45,631 nucleotides of DNA, from IMG/VR virus record IMGVR_UViG_3300046739_000207, positions 1 to 45,631 of that record. One strand, 5' to 3'. This document shows, piece by piece, positions 31,855 to 39,984 of this stretch. The position numbers were made by a program, and so were the translations under genes. This stretch comes from a virus. The notes beneath the pieces were generated by a model. It worked only from the letters and a program-made list of their open reading frames with translations, was not told the DNA's origin and did no database searches. Positions within the stretch are counted from its first letter, which is position 1. Every line of letters starts with the position of its first letter.

Positions 31855-32164
31855 CTAAATCTCCTTCGCCGTGTTCTTCGGCTTGTGTTTCGTTGTGGGC
31901 TGATTTGAAAAAGTTACAGCACGATTCAGCCTCTACTTGCCCATTGACTTCTGGATCGCTGATCACTTGGGGATGATTGCAGCGTGATTGCCCGTCAAAG
32001 TGAATGCAGTTCTCACACTCGAACGGCCCAAGATCAGGAGTGACATAGCCAGAAGCTTGCGTACCATCACCTTGTTCTGTTTGGTCGCCAGTGTCATTCT
32101 GTAAGCCTGGGACAACAGGCAGCGGACCACCACGCAGCGCAGAGGTTATGCGGTCTTCAGCCAT
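31832..32164 (-). CDS. Cys-motif hypothetical protein (110 aa)
   Basis: Contains GPFECENCIHFDGQSRCNHP...ESCCNFF. Confidence 0.55.
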   Translation of the reverse strand: MAEDRITSALRGGPLPVVPGLQNDTGDQTEQGDGTQASGYVTPDLGPFECENCIHFDGQSRCNHPQVISDPEVNGQVEAESCCNFFKSAHNETQAEEHGEGDLDALHESS

Positions 32165-32504
32165 TCACGCCAAATATTTCATCAAGTGCAACCTGCACTG
32201 CCTCGCGGTTATCCGGATGACAATAAGCAGGATGAATTGATCCCTCTGGGATTTCTATATTCCCAAGCCTCTTTATGATCTGCTGCTGTGCTTTACGGAA
32301 TATTTCGGGCGTTAGAGTGCCAGTATTTTCTTCAGACAAGTCTGCCTCCACATACACCGCGTCTTCAACCCATTCGCCTTTGGGGCTAAATACTTGAAAG
32401 CGCGCTTGGCCGAAGCGCGTGATTGCTTCTTCAGGGATAGGAGCGCCCCGTGGAATCGTGATTAGTTTGTATTTAGACAATTCGTAATTCGTCCTCCATT
32501 CCAA
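32157..32504 (-). CDS. Hypothetical protein (115 aa)
   Basis: ORF within the operon. Confidence 0.5.
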   Translation of the reverse strand: MEWRTNYELSKYKLITIPRGAPIPEEAITRFGQARFQVFSPKGEWVEDAVYVEADLSEENTGTLTPEIFRKAQQQIIKRLGNIEIPEGSIHPAYCHPDNREAVQVALDEIFGVNG

Positions 32505-32680
32505 AATTCATTTCTCATTTTTGGAGTCACCCACATCTGGCGCTGGTAATGGTGCATGACTCGATTAATTGCCGATGGAAGACTAATATCGAGATCGACA
32601 CAATTTATTGATGGATACCAATAGAAGCGACCATCACTTGATACGTGAATCTTAATCTTTTCAGGAATCTGCCCATTCAT
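32462..32680 (-). CDS. Hypothetical protein (72 aa)
   Basis: ORF with 4-nt upstream coupling and a 43-nt overlap downstream. Confidence 0.4.
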   Translation of the reverse strand: MNGQIPEKIKIHVSSDGRFYWYPSINCVDLDISLPSAINRVMHHYQRQMWVTPKMRNEFWNGGRITNCLNTN

Positions 32681-32913
32681 ACCAGCCTGCCTCCATCCGT
32701 CTTCTCAGCCCACGCAATCCGCTGCTGAATGCTCATACCACGCATCTTGTTAGCTCGCTCTTTACGCTTGTCTATCGGCACATCTGCGAGCGTTTCGAGG
32801 ATTTCCCCAGCTTCGCCGCGTTTGGTTACGAAGTGACGCTCCAGGTCGAGAACACGCGCTTCGAGCTTGTCAATGCCCAGCCATAAGCGGAGCTTGGAGC
32901 GTAGCCAGTTCAT
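32677..32913 (-). CDS. Hypothetical protein (78 aa)
   Basis: ORF with a 1-nt overlap with the upstream stop. Confidence 0.5.
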   Translation of the reverse strand: MNWLRSKLRLWLGIDKLEARVLDLERHFVTKRGEAGEILETLADVPIDKRKERANKMRGMSIQQRIAWAEKTDGGRLV

Positions 32914-33740
32914 TAATAGATCACACAGTAGCTATCGCGGGCGATTACGATTACATCTGCTGCCGTTCCATTGGCCACATAGAATTGAAGCGTTGTCGCT
33001 GTCGATCCAGCCGCTTCAATTGTGCCATCAAGTTCTGCCTGCTTCACTCCTGTGCCCACTGGCGTAAACGTAACAATTGATGTTGGCGTGGTGTTCGCGA
33101 TGTTTCCAGAGTCGCCTGTCGTCTGCGCCGCAGTTGCGCCTTCAGTCGTAATTACATGCGCCCAGGCATGAAGATTTGTTGGCGATGTAGTGAGCGATGC
33201 AACGCCAAACTGGTCGCTAGCTATTGGAGTGGCCTCACTGTAGGTCAGGGAGCAATGAAAGCTCCAGTTACGCGCTACCGTGCCCAGCGCAAAACTTAGG
33301 CCAGTAATCGCTTGCAATCCAGAAGCATTGGCATCGGTGAATGGCGCGCTCAAAGATACCTTATTGCCGCTTGCCAAGAGCGCGGTAGTGTCGCCTGCTG
33401 TGCCATTCCCGGCAGCAATTAGACCCGCTGCGCTACGCGAAAGGCCAGTGTCAGCATTCCAGTTATAGACATCACCGCTGGCAAGCTGGAGAGTGTTGCT
33501 TACTAAGACTGGGTTTGTGGCCGTCCCTGCTACTGATGGCGCCGTGAAGGTCGCTGTGCCGCTGGTCGTACCTGCCAATGCAAGAATCCCGTTCCCGCTG
33601 CCTACACCTGAGATCGTGAACGTAGGAACTGAGAACAAGAGCCCCGCCGGCAATGCGCTACCACTGAAGTTCTGGTTCTGCCAAGCGCCAAATCCCAGCA
33701 AGGCCAGCAAGAGAAAGCTGAGAGTAATGAACTTTTTCAT
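32913..33740 (-). CDS. Secreted-type fibre-like protein (275 aa)
   Basis: The N-terminus is MKKFITLSFLLLALLGFGAWQ. The motif DTGLSRSAAGLIAAGNGTAGDTT recurs in phage tail fibres. Confidence 0.6.
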   Translation of the reverse strand: MKKFITLSFLLLALLGFGAWQNQNFSGSALPAGLLFSVPTFTISGVGSGNGILALAGTTSGTATFTAPSVAGTATNPVLVSNTLQLASGDVYNWNADTGLSRSAAGLIAAGNGTAGDTTALLASGNKVSLSAPFTDANASGLQAITGLSFALGTVARNWSFHCSLTYSEATPIASDQFGVASLTTSPTNLHAWAHVITTEGATAAQTTGDSGNIANTTPTSIVTFTPVGTGVKQAELDGTIEAAGSTATTLQFYVANGTAADVIVIARDSYCVIY

Positions 33741-33949
33741 AAGATTGCGTTCCTTTCGATGGCCATTGATATTTCCCTGATAATTCCAAGCATCAACTCA
33801 GCGGCATCAATAAGCGCATCAACTTCTGGGCCATGCACCTCTGCCTTGGCGCGCTGAATGTAGGAGTCTGCCTTGCATAGTTGACTCCATCGACCATCCG
33901 TTCTTTCCTTTTCGGCGAACCAATGAGTTCCAGACGTACCGGGTATCAT
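33737..33949 (-). CDS. Small hypothetical protein (70 aa)
   Basis: 4-nt overlaps on both sides. Confidence 0.45.
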   Translation of the reverse strand: MIPGTSGTHWFAEKERTDGRWSQLCKADSYIQRAKAEVHGPEVDALIDAAELMLGIIREISMAIERNAIL

Positions 33950-34419
33950 GCTAACCTCGTAATCTTTGCTCTCACCTTGACCGCATTGGTCAGCGTCTTA
34001 AGCAACAAACGCATGAACTTACCGCCTGTTGGAGACAAGTCCACACGAGCATTCTGGGTTGCTGCTACCACTACGTTGACTGTGTAAGCCGTTGCGCTAG
34101 GCAGGATATAGAAAGCATCAGCATCCGTATCGGCTTCTTGGATATCTAGCTCAAACGCTCCAGGCGCCCCATCGAAATGAAGTTCAACGCAAACCATTGG
34201 CGGAGGGTCGCCCATCTGAGCCTGCAGGTCCACTGCAATAGAAGCAGTTCCAGCGGCCAGCGTCTCGCTTGCCACGTTGGTGTCATTGACCGGAAGCTGA
34301 GTTGCCGTAGTGGATAAGACGCCAAACACATACACGTATTCGCTCTTTTGTAGAGCGATTGGAGAAGCGTTCGATTGAACGGGAACGGTTGCGCCCGCTA
34401 CACCTGGATATGCTGGCAT
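33946..34419 (-). CDS. Hypothetical beta-rich protein (157 aa)
   Basis: ORF directly downstream of TerL. Confidence 0.5.
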   Translation of the reverse strand: MPAYPGVAGATVPVQSNASPIALQKSEYVYVFGVLSTTATQLPVNDTNVASETLAAGTASIAVDLQAQMGDPPPMVCVELHFDGAPGAFELDIQEADTDADAFYILPSATAYTVNVVVAATQNARVDLSPTGGKFMRLLLKTLTNAVKVRAKITRLA

Positions 34420-34420
34420 T

Positions 34421-35959
34421 TCAGTCTCCTATTTGCGGACGCCAGATTCGCCCAAGTCCGCCTCTGCGTGCTCCACGCCGCCTGGTTTCCTGCACTAAAG
34501 CCCTGCGATGGAGCTGCGCTACTGTGTTGATATTCAAGCCTTCAACCTCTTCGCCACGCTCTGCGGCATATTGAGCAACCCTGCGATCGGCAATGATTGT
34601 GGCCGGCAACATTGGAGTGCCTACCATGTGCTGCAGTCCCATGCGCGCGCCGTCATAGGGATCGTCACCCACTTCGTTTTCTGAGTAATCGACCTTGAGC
34701 ACGTCTTCTTGGTTGTCTTCGTCACGAATGAGTGTTGGCAGGCACTGAATCAGTTTTGGGCAAGCATTTGAGATTTGCACCATATCCGAATCAAGCAACT
34801 GGCCGATCAAACGAGCTCCAGACACCCGCGAACCAGGCGAAGAGTCTGCTGGATGTGGTTGAGGAATATGCTCTCCAAGCGCGTCTGCTACAAGCTGCAT
34901 CATTGATTTTGGAAGGTTTGGTTTGCTTCTGGGGCTTAACTTGCCAGCATCCCAGGAAAACGCGAATGACCTGATCTTTTCACTCTTTGGCGTAGCATCG
35001 GTAATCCGCCCACCAAGCTCAGTCTCGCCCACTCTGCGATCCCATAACTCACGGTAGATAATGACTTTGCCAGTTTCACTTTGAGCAAACCAGTAGATTG
35101 AATGTGGATGCTCATATCCCCAATCACCAGCAATCCAGCGCGTCCACCATGGCTTAATTTCCCGGTCAGCTTGCTCTCTGGTGATAACGTGGCGCCGCTC
35201 CTCAAACTGGGGGTAGAACTGGCCGGTGTAAATGTCCCAATCGCCGCGCGCAACCATCTTTGCCATGTCAGGTGGCAGAGTAAGAAGACGCTCATGGTAG
35301 CCCTTAGTAATGTGTGGGTTGTCACTGGCTTTAGCTCTGATAAGAATGAATTGGTCTTTGATGGGTTCGAGCTCTTCTGGGTATTCCTTGGTAATCCAGT
35401 ATTTCTTGACCCAAGCGTGTCCTGGGCCGCCAGGATTCGTTCCTGCCGCAAACTTAGGTCTTTCAACTCCAGGCCAGCGCAATCTAAAGCGTAAGTCATC
35501 AAAGATGGTCTTGGGGTTTCGGGTGAGCTCATCAACAGCAATCGCCGCGAACTCGGCTGAGTAATACTTGCTGGGATCATCCAAGTTGCGGAGGCGAATA
35601 ATCCCTCCGCCATACTCAGGATTGAGCACAAAGTTGTGAACTGAGCCTTCTTTAAGGTGTCCAAGCCATTCAGGGAACTCAAACTTAATCTTTGAGATCT
35701 GCCGGTCAGTAAGCGTTGGGTAGTCTTCACAGAACAGCCCAACAGCAGCGTGCTTGAGTCCCAGCGCGCGATAGAGCCAGATGAGGTACAGAACCAGCCA
35801 CCAGCGCAGAATGTATGATTTGCCTCCGCCGGCCTCGCCCCCATAGAGAACAAAGTCTTTTTCGGCAATAGCTTTGAGAAATTCACGCTGACGCTCAGTT
35901 GGGTTTACCAGTTGTTCCAGTGTTTTTGGATTCTGGCGTTGGAAGACTTCCGAAATCAA
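34421..35959 (-). CDS. terL: Terminase large subunit
   Basis: Walker A VLYGGEAGGGKSY and Walker B-like AAIAVDELTRN, with a C-terminal nuclease-like region. TTG start. Confidence 0.85.
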   Translation of the reverse strand: MISEVFQRQNPKTLEQLVNPTERQREFLKAIAEKDFVLYGGEAGGGKSYILRWWLVLYLIWLYRALGLKHAAVGLFCEDYPTLTDRQISKIKFEFPEWLGHLKEGSVHNFVLNPEYGGGIIRLRNLDDPSKYYSAEFAAIAVDELTRNPKTIFDDLRFRLRWPGVERPKFAAGTNPGGPGHAWVKKYWITKEYPEELEPIKDQFILIRAKASDNPHITKGYHERLLTLPPDMAKMVARGDWDIYTGQFYPQFEERRHVITREQADREIKPWWTRWIAGDWGYEHPHSIYWFAQSETGKVIIYRELWDRRVGETELGGRITDATPKSEKIRSFAFSWDAGKLSPRSKPNLPKSMMQLVADALGEHIPQPHPADSSPGSRVSGARLIGQLLDSDMVQISNACPKLIQCLPTLIRDEDNQEDVLKVDYSENEVGDDPYDGARMGLQHMVGTPMLPATIIADRRVAQYAAERGEEVEGLNINTVAQLHRRALVQETRRRGARRGGLGRIWRPQIGD

Positions 35960-36245
35960 GAGGTTCTCGCTGTTCCTTTGTCACATCTGTCATTCCGCCG
36001 TAGTTCTTCAGGAAGAAGATCATGGCCGATACCTTCCCTTTGCTCGATCCCAGCGCGGTTATATAAAGCTCCCGCCTGACACTTCCTACACCTTCGTCCT
36101 TCCATTCTTTTAGAGTTGCCGCAAAACGCCGCTCGATTGTGTCTTTGGAGACGCCACAAATCTTTGCAATCTCCGCAGTTGTAAGTTGGGCGTTTGCAAG
36201 CTGGTGAACCAGGTCTTCATCAATTTCAATGGTTGGACGGGCCAT
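35895..36245 (-). CDS. terS: Terminase small subunit (HTH)
   Basis: HTH LTTAEIAKICGVSKDTIERR and the motif AMIFFLKNYGGM. It lies directly upstream of TerL, with a 65-nt overlap. Confidence 0.7.
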   Translation of the reverse strand: MARPTIEIDEDLVHQLANAQLTTAEIAKICGVSKDTIERRFAATLKEWKDEGVGSVRRELYITALGSSKGKVSAMIFFLKNYGGMTDVTKEQREPLDFGSLPTPESKNTGTTGKPN

Positions 36246-36263
36246 TTATGCACAATCTAAGGG

Positions 36264-36479
36264 TTATTGCTGAGTTTCAAAAGTGTTTTGCCGTGATTCC
36301 GGAGACTTAGAATGCATAAATGCATAAAACTCTTTGAGTCTCACCTTGCACAAACCGCATGTTTCGGTGTTCTCGAGCTCTGGATTAGGTACATATGCTG
36401 TGCCACAGGTGGAACAGACTGTTCCTAGGCTTGGGATTCGGTGCTTTTTGAGCGCACGAAGGTAGGCTTGGCTCGGCAC
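36264..36479 (-). CDS. Small zinc-ribbon protein (71 aa)
   Basis: Contains CSTCGTAY...CGLCK. Confidence 0.5.
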   Translation of the reverse strand: MPSQAYLRALKKHRIPSLGTVCSTCGTAYVPNPELENTETCGLCKVRLKEFYAFMHSKSPESRQNTFETQQ

Positions 36480-36484
36480 GCTTC

Positions 36485-37045
36485 TTAGACCGTGGCCTTT
36501 GGATAGGCCACTTTCACCTTGTTGTTCCAGGTTGCTTTGAGGTCTTTGTGTGTCTTCCAGGGAACGCTCGGCAATGCTGCGGACTGAGCAAGGGTTTTGG
36601 ACTGTGGCGATATCCCAGCGGCCGGAAGATTCTGGAGCACCACGGTAATCACTGAGTTAGCGATTGCCACGGCCACAGTGATATATTCCGTCAACTCCGG
36701 ATTGTGGACGTTCACTAAACTCAGGATGTTGCTAAGGTCGGCGGTGAGCGTGTCAGTTGCCACCTTTATTTGGGCAGCAATGCCGTTCTGCGCGGCGCCA
36801 GAGGCTTTCTCGAAATTCGAGACCTCTGTGCTTAGGCCCTTTAGCTCATTCGCAATCTTGAGCATGACCTGACCGTCAGTCGGGTTGACAGCGGAAAGGA
36901 TGTTGCCTGCGGATTGAGCTACCACTTGAGCGGCGTTGATGTCCTTCACGAGCTCGGGCAGGCTCAAAGGGCAACCAGTGCTGGTTAAAAGGAAGCACAG
37001 CACCAAGCTGCTGGTGAGACACTTGTTTGCGAGTGAGTTTTTCAC
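36485..37045 (-). CDS. Helical lipoprotein (186 aa), possible spanin-like lysis accessory
   Basis: Lipobox LLTSTGC. There is a later hydrophobic stretch, YITVAVAIANSVITVVL. It is the last gene of the lysis cluster. Confidence 0.55.
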   Translation of the reverse strand: MKNSLANKCLTSSLVLCFLLTSTGCPLSLPELVKDINAAQVVAQSAGNILSAVNPTDGQVMLKIANELKGLSTEVSNFEKASGAAQNGIAAQIKVATDTLTADLSNILSLVNVHNPELTEYITVAVAIANSVITVVLQNLPAAGISPQSKTLAQSAALPSVPWKTHKDLKATWNNKVKVAYPKATV

Positions 37046-37083
37046 GCTTGAAATCTCCTGAAACTGATTTTGATTTGATGAAG

Positions 37084-37317
37084 TTACGGAGTCGGGGCCG
37101 TAGTAGCTTGTGATGTGGAGGCTGGCGGGATTGGGATCTTCTTCACCGTCATTGCTACTTCCATTTCCCCTTCGTTGAAGGCTGCCACCATCTTGTACTG
37201 CACCATTCCATCAGCGCCTAACTTGTCAGTCGAGATCATCTCGATTGAGTTAACGCCGCTATCTTCCGGCAAGCCAGAGAGTAGGGCGGCTGACAGTGCC
37301 TGAAATTTCTTGATCAC
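37084..37317 (-). CDS. Small hypothetical protein (77 aa)
   Basis: 4-nt overlap with the holin-like gene. Confidence 0.45.
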   Translation of the reverse strand: MIKKFQALSAALLSGLPEDSGVNSIEMISTDKLGADGMVQYKMVAAFNEGEMEVAMTVKKIPIPPASTSQATTAPTP

Positions 37318-37568
37318 AGTGTTCCCCCTTTAGGAACAGCAACTCCGTTTGTTGGCGATGTGGACCAGGACAGAAGTTTGGGCACCCAGATTTGTGCTTC
37401 ACGCACTGCCACCGCAATACCAGCAGCCTTCAGGAGGTTGAGCACGCCGGCCCATGAGTGCAGATGGAAAGTGCCTGAGAACATAGTCATTAAGGCTGCG
37501 TTCGTCAGCACTGCATTCACCGCATTTTTGGCCGTGACAATCAGAAACGATTTCACATTACTGTTCAT
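37314..37568 (-). CDS. Holin-like small membrane protein (84 aa)
   Basis: Two hydrophobic segments (FLIVTAKNAVNAVLTNAALMTMF and AGVLNLLKAAGIAVAV). 4-nt overlap with the upstream enzyme gene. Confidence 0.45.
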   Translation of the reverse strand: MNSNVKSFLIVTAKNAVNAVLTNAALMTMFSGTFHLHSWAGVLNLLKAAGIAVAVREAQIWVPKLLSWSTSPTNGVAVPKGGTL

Positions 37569-38008
37569 CGAACCCCCGTTGGACTTTCAGCAGACTTTGG
37601 TATTGGTGCGTTAACATACGTAATATCAATGGTTTCCCCGCGATCCCAAACAGGTACGAGTTTGTCCCAGAGATTCCCAAAAGCTACCTTTGAGCTGCCT
37701 ATAAAATCAGGATGCGGCCCTTTTGTTTGCCCTACTAGCGTGCAGGCTTTTGTATCTGCCGGAAAATTGCCCCAATGGATCTCAATATCACTGAACCCTG
37801 GAACGTTCTCTACTCCAGGCACGTCTCTTTTATGTTCTGCCGAAAATCGCCTGATAAGCGAATAGGTTCCTTCTGGAATAGCTCTTGGCTTGATGTCTTC
37901 TGTACTGAAAACCGGCTCCATTGTCCAGCATTCGTGCTCACCATCAATGAAGAGCTCGCCAATGGTTGAGTAGGGCGATAGAGTTTGACGCTGTACTTTG
38001 AGGTTCAA
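37565..38008 (-). CDS. DUF5675-like (YkuD/L,D-transpeptidase-fold) protein, candidate endolysin
   Basis: STIGELFIDGEHECWTMEP...AIPEGTYSL...VPGFSDIEIHWGNFPADTKACTLVG matches the DUF5675 pattern as I remember it, with the conserved His and Cys present. Confidence 0.6.
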   Translation of the reverse strand: MNLKVQRQTLSPYSTIGELFIDGEHECWTMEPVFSTEDIKPRAIPEGTYSLIRRFSAEHKRDVPGVENVPGFSDIEIHWGNFPADTKACTLVGQTKGPHPDFIGSSKVAFGNLWDKLVPVWDRGETIDITYVNAPIPKSAESPTGVR

Positions 38009-38328
38009 GTTAAGCTTATCTGCTCAGGATTGTGCAACTTACGCAGGAATTTGAAGTAAATGCCAGGTAGCTCTTTGGGTGGCATGACCATTCGCCGCAT
38101 GTCCAGCATCTTTTCTGTTTTGGCCAGCAGCAGAGCGTAACCGTTTTCCTTCATGCGAATGAGCCAATGCGTGAGCCGGTCGGCTACGCCAGAAAGAACT
38201 CGATACTCGGCTTCTGATTTGGTGATGTGGTAGGCAGGAGTTGCGCCAGAGATTTGATGAGGATTGAGTACGCCAATTTTAGTGGCCATTTTAGAAAAAG
38301 GAACTCCTAAGACTTCAGGAGACCCCAA
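38005..38328 (-). CDS. Hypothetical protein (107 aa from the TTG; an alternative ATG lies at 38289)
   Basis: ORF with a 4-nt overlap downstream. Confidence 0.45.
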   Translation of the reverse strand: MGSPEVLGVPFSKMATKIGVLNPHQISGATPAYHITKSEAEYRVLSGVADRLTHWLIRMKENGYALLLAKTEKMLDMRRMVMPPKELPGIYFKFLRKLHNPEQISLT

Positions 38329-38346
38329 ATACGCTGAGGCTACGTT

Positions 38347-38378
38347 GCGGCCCTCTGTTCGCTGTTCCAGAAGGCCGC
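38347..38378 (-). promoter_or_regulatory. 11-bp stem hairpin between the LuxR-type gene and the late/lysis genes
   Basis: Plus-strand gcggccctctg...cagaaggccgc. The single C-A mismatch on the plus strand becomes a G-U pair in minus-strand RNA. No U-run follows. Confidence 0.4.
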
Positions 38379-38417
38379 GCTTATCAATTCTTCCGGGTAC
38401 TGCAGTTAGTTCGGATT

Positions 38418-38639
38418 TTAGGCAGAGTGTATCGCTAAATGCAATAACTCTTTAGTTTGCTGTGCAATAGGTAGTAGCTGGCGGGTAGATCGTATGCCCA
38501 GGATTCTGAAAGCGCAACGCACACGGCTTTTTATGCAAGCCTCATCGGTGCCAAGCTCATCGGCAATCTCTTTGTTACTCTTGCCCTCTAGGACCAAGGC
38601 TAAAGTATCGCGCTCCAGAATTGTTAGCTGTCTTTTCAT
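38418..38639 (-). CDS. LuxR/GerE-type HTH transcription regulator (73 aa)
   Basis: LTILERDTLALVLEGKSNKEIADELGTDEACIKSRVRCAFRILG matches the GerE HTH signature. Confidence 0.75.
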   Translation of the reverse strand: MKRQLTILERDTLALVLEGKSNKEIADELGTDEACIKSRVRCAFRILGIRSTRQLLPIAQQTKELLHLAIHSA

Positions 38640-38718
38640 AGCACTTTAGATTGTTCTTTGTGGAACATTTGCTCACAACGGGGGCAGAAGGCCAGTTTCC
38701 CATATAGCCCCGGCTTAC

Positions 38719-39951
38719 TCATGGCTCCCTCGGCTCGGCGGCTGGCTCAACTCCGGTAGTGGCCCCGCAGCTATGCTCTCCGGTTACCGATAAACCGCAC
38801 ATGTTGCAGGTTGCTTTCTGTCGAAGATTGCTCTTCTCCTCCTGAGGCTCGGCTGGTACCACGCCAGTAGTTGCTCCGCAGATTGGACATTGTAAAAATC
38901 CCTGCCCTGCTGGAAGCTGCATTTCGGCAATGCACTTATGCGGCTCGGCTGGTGCGGCGGGAAGGGGTTGCCAGTGCGTGACTTGTCCAATTGGCTTTGC
39001 CCCGCGATCGAACAAATCGTCACTCTGGGATGACTCGCGCATTTCTTCGGCAAAACTCGGAACCCGTCTAACATTAGGGTTTACAACTTCATCGAGAAGT
39101 CTAGAAAACGGCACAAAATCAATTTCAAGTCCTACGTCATGGAAGTGCGCTAGCTCAAGCAGCGTGGCAATAGTGAATCGGCCATAATTCGGGTCTTCCA
39201 GTTTTGAAATCCACGTCTGAGCTTTTCCTGTAGCTTTTGCCATTTCATTTTGCGTCATTTGGCCTCTCATGTTTTTAAGCTTGAGAGGCAACCGCGCAAA
39301 GATTCTTTCCTCGACAAAAGCATCGCGATAGGTTTTATCACTGCGTAGGTTCGCCAGTAGTTCGCGCCGTATATCGGAAGACGTACTAACCCACCCCGTC
39401 CCCTCTCCCCCAGCATCGCGTCTGTTAACGAAGTTCGCGATTCGCGTCCAGCCTTCCCAGAATATTGGCTGTGGCGCATTGGGTAGGTTCATTGGAGTAC
39501 CGCCACAATAAACGCCGAACAACTTATCGGCCTTCATCCCCTCTCTCCCAGCATCTACCGCGCCCGCCCGCCATTCGTACTTGGCTCGTTCTTCAGGCGT
39601 GATGGGAAATAACTCTGACACGTTGCGGTCTTCGCCAGCAGCTACATCGTGTAACCAGTTCATGATTCTGGCAGGCCCTTTGATGCCATAGAATGTACCC
39701 AGCACCTGATAAAACGCCCATGCCATCGAGCGAATACGTTCAGCCTCCATCGGTTTCTCCTTCCGGCCCAACTCAACCGTAGCGGGGGCTTGGGCCGGAA
39801 AGCTCAACACTCGCGGTATCATGCGCCTGAGGCTGTCCATTAAGCCGTCGAACGTATCATGGCAGGCATTTCCGCCTTTGTTAGTTGCGCTCAATGGCTT
39901 AATATCACCACGCCAAATTCCATCGTCATCTTGGAATATTTCTACTATCAT
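38719..39951 (-). CDS. Multidomain protein: DUF1902/HicB-like N-terminus, XRE-type HTH, duplicated C-terminal Cys motif
   Basis: The N-terminus is MIVEIFQDDDGIWRGDI...LMDSLRRMIPRVL. The HTH is MTQNEMAKATGKAQTWISKLE...TIATLLELAHFHDVGLEIDF. The C-terminal repeats are CPICGATTGVVPAEPQ and HSCGATTGVEPAAEPR. Confidence 0.6.
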   Translation of the reverse strand: MIVEIFQDDDGIWRGDIKPLSATNKGGNACHDTFDGLMDSLRRMIPRVLSFPAQAPATVELGRKEKPMEAERIRSMAWAFYQVLGTFYGIKGPARIMNWLHDVAAGEDRNVSELFPITPEERAKYEWRAGAVDAGREGMKADKLFGVYCGGTPMNLPNAPQPIFWEGWTRIANFVNRRDAGGEGTGWVSTSSDIRRELLANLRSDKTYRDAFVEERIFARLPLKLKNMRGQMTQNEMAKATGKAQTWISKLEDPNYGRFTIATLLELAHFHDVGLEIDFVPFSRLLDEVVNPNVRRVPSFAEEMRESSQSDDLFDRGAKPIGQVTHWQPLPAAPAEPHKCIAEMQLPAGQGFLQCPICGATTGVVPAEPQEEKSNLRQKATCNMCGLSVTGEHSCGATTGVEPAAEPREP

Positions 39952-39984
39952 TTACTCTCTCCCTCCGTCCTCTGCCCCACAGCC

